A stretch of 64,000 bases of DNA from NCBI GenBank assembly GCA_026936335.1, contig JAPMXV010000060.1, positions 186,001-250,000 on the forward strand, in the 5' to 3' direction. The translations under genes and the position numbers were made by a program. Every line of letters begins with the position of its first letter. Within the stretch, counting starts at the first letter, position 1. Positions 35,940 through 46,477 of this stretch are shown one piece after another. The notes below the pieces were generated by a model, which did no database searches, was not told the origin of the DNA, and saw nothing but the letters and a program-made list of their open reading frames with translations. This stretch comes from Mantamonas sphyraenae STR306 (taxonomy: Eukaryota; Protista; CRuMs).

Positions 35940-38113
35940 TCATTCACACATCCTCCCCACCCACCCAATCACCCTCTCCATCACCTCATCCGGCAGTGTC
36001 ATCCACTGTGCAGTCGGCTCATACCCCTCCATTCCGCCACACTCAAACATCGCCTCCCTCTCTTCCCCGTTCATCACCAACGCCGTCTCCATCACCTCGT
36101 CCACCCCCTCCACACCCCATCCAATCCAATGCCACGCCTTCCTCCACCCTCCTTCCTGCACCATCTGAACGGTTCTCGCCCTTGGCTTCGCTTCCCAGCC
36201 CCGCAACACCTCAACCAATCCATCATCCCCTCCCATTACTGCCCTCTCCAGTGCAGTCTCCAACCCTCCTCGCCCTGCAAACGTGTCCACAGGAACACCC
36301 CACTCCCTCAACTCTCTCATCTTTTCCACATCCCCACACTCCACAAACTCCACGTGTTGCTTCTTGTTCTGCTTCAGCAGCGACTGCAACGCGTCCTTGC
36401 GAACGCAGTCAATCTTCCAGCACGACCGATTGCCTTCCATCGCCTTCTGCAATGCTGCTGCTCCCTCATCCCCGATTCTGTTGGTGCTGAGGTCCAGTGT
36501 CTGCAAACCGCTGTTTTCACTCAGTGTTTGCGCCAGTACTGCTGCTCCTTCATTCCCGATGCTGTTGCCCCTGAGGTGCAGTGTCTGCACGCTACTGTTC
36601 ACCGCCAGTGCCTGCGCCAGTTCTGCTGCTCCTTCTGCTCCGATGCTGTTGTAGCCGAGGTCCAGTGTCTGCAAGCTGCTGTTCTTACTCAGTGCCTGCG
36701 CCAGTGCTGCTGCGCCTTCTGCCCCGATGCTGTTGCCCCTGAGGTTCACTGTTTGCAAGGTGCTGTTCTCACCCAGTGCCTGCCCCAGTGCTGCTGCTCC
36801 TTCGTCCCCGATGATGTCGTCTCTGAGGTCCAGTGTCTGCAAGCTGCTGTTCTTACTCAGTGCCTGCGCCAGTGCTGCTGCTCCTGCTGCCCCGATGCTG
36901 TTGCCCCTGAGGTCGAGTGTCTGCACGCTACTGTTCTCACATAATGCCTGTGCTAGTGCTGCTGCTCCTGCTGTCCCGGTCTTGTTGCTACTGAGGCTCA
37001 GTGTCTGCAGGGTGCAGTTCACCTCCAGTGCCTGCGCCAGTTCTGCTGCTCCTTCTGCCCCGATGCAGTTGTTGTAGAGGTCCAGGGTCTGCATGCTGCT
37101 GTTCTGACTCAATGCCTGCGCCAGTTCTGCTGCCCCTTCTGCTCCGATGCTGTTGTAGCCCAGGTCCAGGGTCTGCAAGGATCTGTTCTCACTCAATGCC
37201 TGCGCCAGTGCTGCTGCTCCTTTGTCCCCAATGCTGTTGCCCCTGAGGTACAGTGTCTGCACGCTACTGTTCACCGCCAGTGCCTGCGCCACTGCGGCCG
37301 CTGCTTCGTCCCCAATGCCGGTGTTCCACAGGTTCAGTGTCTGCAAGCTGCTGTTCTCATTCAGTGCCTGCGCCAGTGCTGCTGCTCCTGCGTCCCCGAT
37401 ACAGTTGTTCCACAATTCCAGTGTCTGCAAGCTGCTGTTCTCACACAATGCCTGCGCCAGAGCGGCTGCCCCTTCTGCCCCGATGCGGTTGTTGTTGATG
37501 TTCAGTGCCTGTAAGCTGCTGTTCTCACTCAGTCCCTGCGCCAGTGCTGCTGCTCCTTCATCCCCGATGCGGTTGTTCCACAGGTCCAGTCTCTGCAAGC
37601 TGCTGTTCTCACTCAGTGTCTTGGCCAACGATGCTGCTCCTTCTGCTCCGATGCTGAAGCCGCTCAATCTCAGTTCCTCCACGCCGGAGTTCTTCTCCAG
37701 CGCCGTGCACAATGCTCCCACTTCTGCATCTCCCAGCATCCAGTTGTCAATCCTCACCGCCTGTGCCCAACCTGTGAGTACACTTTCCATCGTCCCAAGA
37801 CGTGCGTCCGTGTGTATGGGCAACGGCCGGGTTGCTCCTTTTGATTCCCTTTCCCCGCTTCCCTCTTTCCGCCCCAGCCCACCTTTCCCGTTGCCTCCAG
37901 TGCATCACACACCCGTGCATGATCCCCACTCTGAAGCACAGCTACCCAATCAATCTTCTTCCGTTCTGCCTTGTCGTTGTGAGCGTCGACCGCACACCTC
38001 TTCCCACTCTCCCTCCCTCAGCCACTCCTCAGCCCCTCCTCAGCCCTTCCTCTCACCGCCAATCCATCCTTTCCCACCCACTTCCGACACTCACCCTGAG
38101 ATTCCTGCTTCAT
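35940..38113 (-). CDS. LRR (15 full repeats) + ankyrin + F-box-like protein, copy C
   Basis: Same exon structure as copy A. Intact frame ending WMTLPDEVMERVIGWVGRMCE. Confidence 0.88.
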
Positions 38114-38164
38114 GATCTTTTTCCAAGTTCGGTTGCGTCATTCCGCGCGTGGCCGCGTGGATGA

Positions 38165-38881
38165 TCATGGGTTGGTCTCGGGTTCATTGTCGTTGAGGAG
38201 GATGTCAAGGTGGTCGGCAAGGGTGTCGTGGCCTGCGTTGCGGTGGTGTGATAGGAGGGAGGTGCGGAGATAGGTGAGGAGGGGAGGTGTGTGAAGGTGC
38301 TGGAGGAGATGGGATAGCTGGGCAGCGGAGGCGGCACGTAGGGAGGAACGTGCGGCATGGAATTGGAGCATTGAGTATTGTGCAGCAAGTTGAAGGTGTG
38401 CGTCGGAAGGGGTGGCCTCTGTGTCGAGGAGGGCGGCGAGGAGCTCGGGCGGATCAGGGGAATCAGGAACGTCGCGGGAAGCGGTTTCTGAGGAGGTGGT
38501 GAGGGTGGATTTGGAGGATGAGGTGTCTGGAATGTACAAGTGATGGAGGAGATCGAGGGAGGGCGGGCTGGCGACGAGTTGAAGGGGGTTGGTGTCGAGG
38601 GACGGGAGAGTGAGTGTGGGGTCACTGGGGAGCCACGGGAGATCGTCCAGGGAGGGGAAGGAGGGTTGGGTGGAGGAGGAGGCGGCGGTGGTGTCGTTGT
38701 TGTTGCTGGTGGTGGCGGTGGTGGTGGTGGTGGTGGGGCCTCGTTTGAAGAGTTGGACAAAAGAGTCGTCGGTGAGGAGGTCGTCGAGGGTGGACGAGTG
38801 TGAGGAGGCGGATGGCGGGGTGGAAGGTGGAGACGGGGGAGTTGGGGATGAGGAGGAGGAGGAGGAGGAGGAAGAGGACAT
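38165..38881 (-). CDS. Hypothetical protein with S/T-rich N-terminus
   Basis: ORF MSSSS..LDDLLTDDSFVQLFKRG..HDTLADHLDILLNDNEPETNP. No family recognised. Its last 88 bp are duplicated in the LRR array spacers. Confidence 0.6.
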   Translation of the reverse strand: MSSSSSSSSSSSPTPPSPPSTPPSASSHSSTLDDLLTDDSFVQLFKRGPTTTTTTATTSNNNDTTAASSSTQPSFPSLDDLPWLPSDPTLTLPSLDTNPLQLVASPPSLDLLHHLYIPDTSSSKSTLTTSSETASRDVPDSPDPPELLAALLDTEATPSDAHLQLAAQYSMLQFHAARSSLRAASAAQLSHLLQHLHTPPLLTYLRTSLLSHHRNAGHDTLADHLDILLNDNEPETNP

Positions 38882-38936
38882 GAAGGGGTGAGGGGGGAAA
38901 GACGAGTGTGCAGTTGTTGGTGTCGCCAGCGCATGC

Positions 38937-40115
38937 ATGGGCAACCAAAGTGAGGGGGGAATGCAGGAGAGCAGGGAGCAAAGGGGATTGGTGCCTTTGC
39001 GTGCATTGGCTGAGCAGTCATCGTCGGTGCATCACGTGGGAGAGGAGGAGCGAGAGAGGCGGGAGGCGGTGTGGCGTTGGTTGGAAGGGAAAAGGGTGCA
39101 ATGGAAGAGCAGTGGGAACGCAGGGGTGCCGGTGGTGGGTTCCAAGGCGCGACGGGAGTTTATGGAGCGGTACGAGGAGTTGACGAGCAACGAGGTGGCG
39201 GATTGGGTGAGCGAGTTGTGGACCGCCGTGCAACAAGTGGCGCCGACGCTGGTGGAGGTGAACCATGTGTCTGTGCGGTACTCGGGCACGGAACGAATGC
39301 AGATGTGCTACACGGTGGACTCTGCAATGGGCATCTATGCCATCTTTGTGTCGCGGAAACCCGTCAGCAAGTACTTTCTGGGCCAGCTGGCACACGAGGT
39401 GACCCATCTGGCACACCCGTTCCTGTACTGTGCGTACATGGAAGGCATTGCGACGTATGTGGGCTCGTTGCGGTTGCGGGAGTTGAAGCAAGAGGCGTGG
39501 ACGGTGTGGGAGAGGTACTACGCAGAAAAGAACGAGCCGTTCTATGGAGAGACATATCACATGGCAAGGGACATTGCAGAGGTGGTGGGCGACCACGAAC
39601 TGTGTCGCATGATGCTGTGTGGGAGGCGTCTGGACAGGAAAAGCCAGACGAAACCGCGGTACTGTGTGGACATTGACGAGTGGTTGAAGGGCTTGCAGGA
39701 GGATGAGGAGGCACACGCACGGGTGCTGGAAGTGATCCGCACGTACCACGAGGTGATTATGAAGCACATGCCACAAGGCTATGTGATGGAGCTTCCAGAA
39801 TCGATGCAGAATTCAGAGGGGATGTTGGTGATGACGCTTCTGCAAGAAGAAGACAGCAGCGATGGAGACGATGATGACGAAGGAGAGGGAGAACACAACA
39901 GCGGCAGCAGCAACAGTGCTTCACGGAGACGGAGAAGCAGCGGGAACGAAAACCAAAGCCTGGTTGGAGATGGGAACAACGACGGCGATCAAGGTTGCTG
40001 TGGCGGGTGGCTGAGACTACGCAGGGGAGAGGGCAGCAACAACAGAAGGAGGGGCAGGAGGAGAAGGAGAGTGGGCTGTTGTGAGGGAGGGGATGAGGAT
40101 GGGCAAACAATGTGA
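38937..40115 (+). CDS. Putative zinc metallopeptidase (HEXXH + downstream E, gluzincin-like)
   Basis: LAHEVTHL followed by YMEGIATY. Single 392-aa ORF. Confidence 0.6.
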   Translation: MGNQSEGGMQESREQRGLVPLRALAEQSSSVHHVGEEERERREAVWRWLEGKRVQWKSSGNAGVPVVGSKARREFMERYEELTSNEVADWVSELWTAVQQVAPTLVEVNHVSVRYSGTERMQMCYTVDSAMGIYAIFVSRKPVSKYFLGQLAHEVTHLAHPFLYCAYMEGIATYVGSLRLRELKQEAWTVWERYYAEKNEPFYGETYHMARDIAEVVGDHELCRMMLCGRRLDRKSQTKPRYCVDIDEWLKGLQEDEEAHARVLEVIRTYHEVIMKHMPQGYVMELPESMQNSEGMLVMTLLQEEDSSDGDDDDEGEGEHNSGSSNSASRRRRSSGNENQSLVGDGNNDGDQGCCGGWLRLRRGEGSNNRRRGRRRRRVGCCEGGDEDGQTM

Positions 40116-40152
40116 GCAGAGCATTCATTCATTGGACAGGGACGATGGCAAG

Positions 40153-41439
40153 TCACTCTTCCTTCTTGGCTCGTTTGGCACGCGGGATGCGGTCGAGGAG
40201 CTGCTTGGAAGTCTCACGGGCCTGATTGATTCCCTTGCCAAGGGTCTGGTCGATGGGTGCCTTGTAGGTGTGGTAGAGGACCGGGATGGTGAAAAGGAGG
40301 CTGGCGGCAATGAGGACGGCGGCAGGGAGGCTGAGACGGGTGACAAAGGTGGCCAAGTACAGGGCAGCCAGTGCCTTGAGGGTATACAGGTTGTCATGGA
40401 CAGCAAGGGCACGACGGATGAGCTCGAGCAGTTCGACAAAGGCCAGGACAGCGACGCGGACCCATTGGTGGACGTCTGCGCGGGTGAACGGCAGCTCGTG
40501 GAGCCAAGGCAGGTGTTGGCTGGGTGGAAGGACGGCAGACGGGGGTGTGCGAGGAATGAGGCCCCAAGTGGGAGGGAGCAGGCGCGCGGGTGTGCATGCG
40601 GAGGGTCAGTGTGGGGCGCGGGAACGCAGGCGGGAAAATGGCGAAACGGAAAATGAACAACGATCGTTGTTGGGAAGTGCCGGTTTTAGGGCAAGTGTGA
40701 TCAGGTGATGGATACGTACACGAGGGGACTGGTCCAGTTGTCGGCGGGAAGCTTCTTGACATAGATATGGTAGGCATAGGAGCCGTTGACAAAGAGGAAG
40801 GAGGCTGCGCAGGCAATGAGGAGGATCTGGGTGGCGAGGTGGAGGACAGGGAAGCCCAGGATAAGGAGGAAGCTAAGGACAGACACGCAAAGGAGAGAAA
40901 GGGCGGTGAGAGTGGTGTCCTTCCACAGGATGACGTCAACAAAGGCTGGTGGGAGGTTGTTTGGGGGGGGGTGAGCGGTGTGATGAATGACGTCAGAGAG
41001 CAGGGTGTGGGCAGGAGGTGTGTGTTGGACGGGCAAAGGACTTACTTGGAGGGAGCAGTTGGGAGAGGGACGCATGGACGTCGGGGATGATTTCCACGGT
41101 GGGTGGGTTGGAGGTGGCGGTGGTGGTGGAGGAGGAGGAGGAGGAGCTGGTGGGTGTTGTTGAGGCAGGCTTTGCCGTCTTGCGCTTGGTGGTGGTGGTG
41201 GTGGTGGTGGTGGTGGTGTCTTTGTTGGCTGCTGCCATGATGGCTTGGCGGCGTGCCTGGGAGTCGTTGGAAGGGGGCTGGAGAGGGGCAGCAGAGGAAG
41301 GCTGGGCAGCAGCAGCTTCGGCTGGAGTGGGTTCGGCCTGATCGTGCATGGATGGCTGGTAGCTTTCAATGAGGGAGACGTCGCCGAGGCGGGCAATGTT
41401 GGTGGCTTCCTTGTTGTCCGTGGTTGGTGAGGAAGACAT
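40153..41439 (-). CDS. Reticulon-domain protein, 3 exons
   Basis: VDVILWKD, two long hydrophobic hairpins, and LFTIPVLYHTYKAPID. Introns at about 41046-40946 and about 40719-40520. Confidence 0.85.
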
Positions 41440-41645
41440 CGGGATTTTGATTTGGGTTGGGTGGGATTGGGGGGGAAAGGGATCCTTGCAAGCCTTGCGG
41501 GCGCTGCCATGCCTCTTCCCGCCGCCCGTCTCAGAGGACGCAGCAGACGCAAGACGCCACACAACCAAACAACAGCAATTCCCGGGACACATACAGGTTG
41601 TTATTCCGTTGTCTCTTCCGGCGCATCGATCACCAATGGGACCGC

Positions 41646-44600
41646 TTAACGGCGGCGGATGGTGCGGGTGCGGACCTTGCGGCCGTTGCACTTGCAGGTG
41701 CACGTGCAGTTCTTGCGGCCACGACGGCCACGACGGCCACGACCACGGTAGCGGCGGTTCACGTTGCGGCGGCAGCGGTTGTAGGCACCACGGTTGCGGT
41801 TGCGGCGGTACACGTACAGGCAGTGGGCGTTGGCACGCTGGCGGTGGTAGGCGCGGTTAGCGTTGGCATGAGCGCGGCGGTACCAGGCGCTGGCGCCACG
41901 GTAGCAGCGGTTGCGACGGTTGCGGTTGCGGCGGAAGCGGCGAGCGCAGTTGACACGACGGCGGCGGTACTGAGCAGCGTACGACCTGCGGCGGTTCATC
42001 AGAGTCGTGTGGGCGCTGCGCAGGGCGCGACGGTAGTGGTACAGAGCCACGGCGTAGCGGTAGCAGCGGTTGCGACGGTTGCGGTTGCGGCGGTAGCGGC
42101 GAGCGCAGTTGGCGCGGGCGCGGCGGTACAGAACGGCGTAGTGGCGCATGGCACGCTGGTGGGCCGACAGGCGGCGGCGCAGCGTGATGTGACGCAGATG
42201 CACACGGCCAAGGCGGCCGTCCACGACGCAGTCAAACATGCGGTACCAGTAGTGCGAGCGCGGGGAACGGGTGCGGCTCAGGTACTGGTTCACCACACGG
42301 CGGCAGGCACCGGCGCGGCGGCGGTACAGGCTGCGGTAAGCCTTGTTGCCGTGGTTGACCAGGGCGCTGTAGCGGCGGTGCCAGTAGCGCTGCTGGGCAG
42401 CGGTGTGGCCACGCTTGGCCTTGTTGCCGTTGCACAGAGTGCCGGCGTTGCCCTGGTAGCCACGCTTGACGTTGATGTACACGTTGAAGTACGTGCGCGC
42501 GCCAGAGCCACCCTTGCGGATGTCCACGGCACCGCCCGGGATGCTGACCACGGTGCGGCCGCGACGGGTGTTGCGGTTGAAGTGGTACACACGGCGGCCA
42601 ACCTTGACGATCACGTACTTGTTGGCAGTGGCGTTGCGCCAGGGCTGGAAGCCCAGCTTGGTGCGCACGTACACGCTGCCACGGCGGTACATGTAGTACC
42701 ACTTGCCGTTGGTGGCGCGGTTCTTCAGGTCGAAGCGCTTGCCGTTGAAGGCAGTGTAGTGCGGGTCACCGGTGGAAGCGCACTTCATGCCGCTGAGGGT
42801 GGCCAGGGCACGGCGGTACCACGTGTAAGCGCTGCGGACGCAGGCGTTGCGGCGGCCAGCGTTGTTGCGGTACGAGTAGCGGCAGTTGTTCACACGGTGC
42901 TGGTAGTGGTAACGCAGGTTCTGCTGCTGGGCACGGCGGCGGTAGGCCACAGAGGCGTTGCGGTAGCACGCGTTGCGACGGCCGTTGTTGCGGTGGCCAC
43001 GGAAGCGGCGAGCGCAGTTGTTGCGCATGCGGTAGTACCACGCGCGGATGGCGGCGTGGGTGGCCGAGTGCGAGCGTGCAATGTGGTGGCGCGTCCAGTT
43101 CAGGTTGAAGCGGGCGTTGGCGTTGCGACGGCAACGGTTGTAGACGCCGCGGTTGTTGTTCAGACGGTACGCGTACAGGCAGTGGGCGTAGGCACGCTGG
43201 CGGTGGTACAGCTGGACGGCGTAGGCACGCACGTGGCTGTACCAATGGCTGGCGCTACGGTAGCAGTTGTTGCGACGCGCGTTGTTGTGGCGACCGCGGT
43301 AGCGGCGAGCGCAGTTGGCGCGGCGGCGGTGGTACTGAGCAGCGTACGAGCGGCGGCGGTTCTGCAGCGTACGCGAGGCGTTGCTGTTAGCACGGCGCAG
43401 CGCAGCGAGGGCGCGCTGGCGCTTGTTGCCGCCGCGGCGCAGCGTGATGTGGCGCAGATGCACACGGCCAAGGCGGCCGTCCACAACGCAGTCGTACATG
43501 CGGTACCAGTAGTGCGAGCGCGGGGTCTTGGTGCGGCTCAGGTACTGGTTCACCACACGGCGGCAGGCAGCAGCGCGGCGGCGGTACAGGCTGCGGTAAC
43601 GCTTGTTGCCGTGGTTGTACAGGGCGCTGTAGCGGCCGTGCCAGTAGCGCTGCTGGGCAGCGGTGTGGCCACGCTTGCCACGCTTGCCACGGGTGCACAG
43701 AGTGCCGTTGTTACCCTGGAAGCCGGGCCTCACGTTGACGTACACGTTCATGTACGAGCGGGGGCCGCGGCCGTGCTTGCGCACAAGCACGTTACCACCC
43801 GGGATGCGGATGTTCTTGGCACCGGGCTGGGATCCCTTGGTGAAACGGTGCATGACGCCGCCAGCACGGACGGTCACAGCCACGTTGGCAGTGTAGCGGC
43901 TCCAGGCGCCAAAGCCCAGCTTGGTGTTGACGTACACACCTCCGCGGCGGTACATGGTGTACCACCTGTTCTTGGTGCTCTTGGCCTTCACGTCGAAGCG
44001 ACGGTTGTAGAAGGAAGTGTAGTGCGGGTCACCGGTGGAGCGGCACGTCAGCATGCGGCCCTCATCGGCGTCCTCCACCTCAGACTCGGTCTCGGGCTCG
44101 GCCTCCTCAAATGCAGACTCGGCCTCCTCGACCTCGGACTCGGTCTCGGGCTCAGCCTCCTCGGCCTCGTCCTCAACCTCCTCCTCCATCTCCGTCTCCG
44201 GCTCCTCAACCTCCTCCGTCTCCGTCTCCGCTGTGAGGTGTCGTTGCCAGCGTGCGAGGAAAAGCGTGAGTTTCCGTTTCTTTGCCGAAAAAAAACCCCC
44301 TTGCCGGAATGATGCGTTTTTTCCCTCTCGGCCTCCTGCAATATCCCCCCTGTCGCTGCTTGTGCAAGTGCACGCGATACGCGCGCCTGTGTGCCAGCTG
44401 CATGACACTCATACAGTGTGTTCCACATTTACCGCGATCCTCTACAGTGTGCCGGTCGCAGAAAAAAAAGGAAACTTCTTCTTGGAGCGAGAGGGTCTCA
44501 AACGCCGGACCCAAACTTTCCTCGCAAACTTACGCGCAAATTCCTCCTCGACATCCGTGGACATCGGGGTAGCATCCATCACGTCGGCGTCCTCCGTAGA

Positions 44601-44762
44601 GGACATGCTCAGGTCCTGGCTCAGCGGGCCAGCGAGTGCAAACGCTGCAAGAAGCAGCACGGCGAAAATTGTTCTCCTCGCAATCCTGTGGAAAAAAAAA
44701 AGTGTGCGTGTGAGTTGGTCGTCTGGTATACGCGGCCCACGGGAATGCTTGCACGTTGGCAT
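41646..44762 (-). CDS. Secreted precursor: signal peptide + acidic pro-piece + extremely basic Arg/Tyr/Asn/His-rich protein with two GDPH VWD-like modules
   Basis: Exons 44762-44755, 44685-44534 and 44230-41646 give MPTIARRTIFAVLLLAAFALA-GP.., then Glu-rich EPETESEVEE repeats ending DEGR, then CRSTGDPHYTSF..RFD and CASTGDPHYTAFNGKRFD. Strong CGC/TAC/AAC codon bias. The first exon is the least certain. Confidence 0.85.
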
Positions 44763-44827
44763 TCGACAATTCCATCCTCCCAACCCCATGCAAGGCGCAC
44801 ACTAAACATGATCCTTTAATCTCATGG

Positions 44828-46459
44828 TCACCTGAGACCCTCACTCACATTGTTTTTCGATGCTTCACCTCGCGCACAAACTCCACGGCTGAACAGTCCC
44901 ACCACCTCCGCCATGTGCGCGCGTGCGCCCACTTCCACCTGCACCGTCGCTTCCCACACCGGAAGCAACTCCTGCGCTGCAACACCTCCGTCACGATCGA
45001 CGTACGGGCACGCGCCGCCGGCAAAATCGATTTCCCACACAAATTCCACCTCGGCAAACGGCAGCGCCCCTGCGTTCAGCAGCTCCGTGACAACCATGCC
45101 GTAGCTCCATACGTCGCCTGCATAGGAGCACCCGTCTCCCACGCGCCTCTCCGGGTCATACTCGGGTGGACGCCATCGCACAGCGCCCACTTCCACCTGC
45201 GCCATGGCTTCCTTATCCCTGCTCAAACGCGCGAATCCAAAGTCACACAGTCGCACCACCTGGCCCTGTGCATCCACAAGCACGTTTAGGCTCTTGATGT
45301 CCCTGTGCACGACGCCGTGCATGTGCAGATGCGCCACGGCGCACGCGAGACTTCTGGCCACGCTCACCGCCTCCGCAGCCCGCTGCACAGGCCGCTGGTC
45401 GTACAGCGACCCCGCACACACGCGCTCCATGTAAATGTGCACCTCGTCTGCCAGCTCGTCCCACACCATTGCCACAGCGTCGACCACATGGCCGTGTTGC
45501 AGCGCACGCAAGGCTGCAAGCTCACTGCGCACGTGCTCCCCATGTGTCTTGCTCAGTTTCGACACGCCACACATCCGTTTGCGAGCAAATACAAGCCTGT
45601 GCTCGTCACCCTGCCATCCCAGCGCCACCACTTCCACCGTGCCGAACCGGCCTTTGCCAGCCTGTCCAACCACCTCCACCTCCACCTCCCCCAAGGCAAG
45701 TGCAGCCTCCACCACGTGCACCCGCCGCTGCCCTCCTCCCTGCGTGTTGCTTCCGCTCTCACCCTCCCTTTCACCCTCGCTCTCGCTGGCAAACTCATCC
45801 TCTTGCAGCGCGTACAGTCCCACCGCACACGCCCACGGCACCACCCATCCGCACTCGGACCAGCGCCACTCTACAACCCCACGCCCTCCACCGTCATCCT
45901 CCACCACAGCCACCCACAGGTCCCCCACCTCGTCGTCGTCGTTGATCTGTACACCCTCCTCCTTCTCTCTCTCCACATGGCAGTGCAGAGTACACTGCTC
46001 CTCCTCCTCCTCCTCCTCTCCTTCCTCTTCCACCTCTTCCAATGCCTCCCACCCGCCGGCTTCCCACTGTGCCAGCTCCTGTACACTCGCCGCCCAAATG
46101 TCCGCTTCCCTCGACGCTCGCTTTCTTCCGTGCAACGCCACAAGCGAACACTCGCCGGGCATGCTTTCCGGCCAGGCATGCGCACGTACCAACGTGCATG
46201 GCACGCCGTACTCACTGCACACCTGCGCCAACAGCTGCGTACGTGCATCACACACGCCCCTCACCTCCCGCTCGCTCCCACACTCGCCCCAGGGCTTCCC
46301 TTGCGCCACACTCATCACTGCCATCTCATACACCCACGACCGAGCCATTCCTGCCCGTCCCGAGTGGCCGCACCTTTCCATTCCGTCCACCCACGCCCGC
46401 ATTCGACCAAACACCACCTCCTCATCCTCCTCAAACCGCTGGTCACACTCCACGTCCAT
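44828..46459 (-). CDS. Ser/Thr protein kinase with an N-terminal EDR1-like segment
   Basis: Kinase motifs GKGRFGTV, FARK, HRDIKSLN, LCDFG, WRPPE and DVWSYG. N-terminal GVCDARTQLLAQVCSEYGVPCTLVR. Start codon uncertain. Confidence 0.85.
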   Translation of the reverse strand: MDVECDQRFEEDEEVVFGRMRAWVDGMERCGHSGRAGMARSWVYEMAVMSVAQGKPWGECGSEREVRGVCDARTQLLAQVCSEYGVPCTLVRAHAWPESMPGECSLVALHGRKRASREADIWAASVQELAQWEAGGWEALEEVEEEGEEEEEEEQCTLHCHVEREKEEGVQINDDDEVGDLWVAVVEDDGGGRGVVEWRWSECGWVVPWACAVGLYALQEDEFASESEGEREGESGSNTQGGGQRRVHVVEAALALGEVEVEVVGQAGKGRFGTVEVVALGWQGDEHRLVFARKRMCGVSKLSKTHGEHVRSELAALRALQHGHVVDAVAMVWDELADEVHIYMERVCAGSLYDQRPVQRAAEAVSVARSLACAVAHLHMHGVVHRDIKSLNVLVDAQGQVVRLCDFGFARLSRDKEAMAQVEVGAVRWRPPEYDPERRVGDGCSYAGDVWSYGMVVTELLNAGALPFAEVEFVWEIDFAGGACPYVDRDGGVAAQELLPVWEATVQVEVGARAHMAEVVGLFSRGVCARGEASKNNVSEGLR

Positions 46460-46477
46460 TTTGGTTTCTTGGCTCCC

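Larger units (their letters stand above)
31532..38252 (-). repeat. Tandem segmental repeat of 3 LRR gene units (periods 2463 and 2353 bp), each with internal 84-bp repeats
   Basis: Near-identical 5' exons, introns and spacers at 32950-33436, 35410-35899 and 37760-38252. ATGs at 33297, 35760 and 38113. Confidence 0.95.

Noticed and set aside
32050-37700. 84-bp periodic repeats as a CRISPR array or non-coding satellite
   Set aside because: They are in-frame 28-codon LRR units with no repeat-spacer structure, and no cas genes are present.
41457-44312. 951-aa Ala/Val-rich ORF on the + strand as an overlapping gene
   Set aside because: It is the antisense shadow of the polycation gene. Codon bias there avoids TTA/CTA/TCA, so antisense stops are absent. 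It has no motifs of its own.
45305-46477. N-terminal 390 aa of the 694-aa + strand ORF
   Set aside because: It is antisense to the kinase CDS. Only the part from 46478 looks like a real gene.
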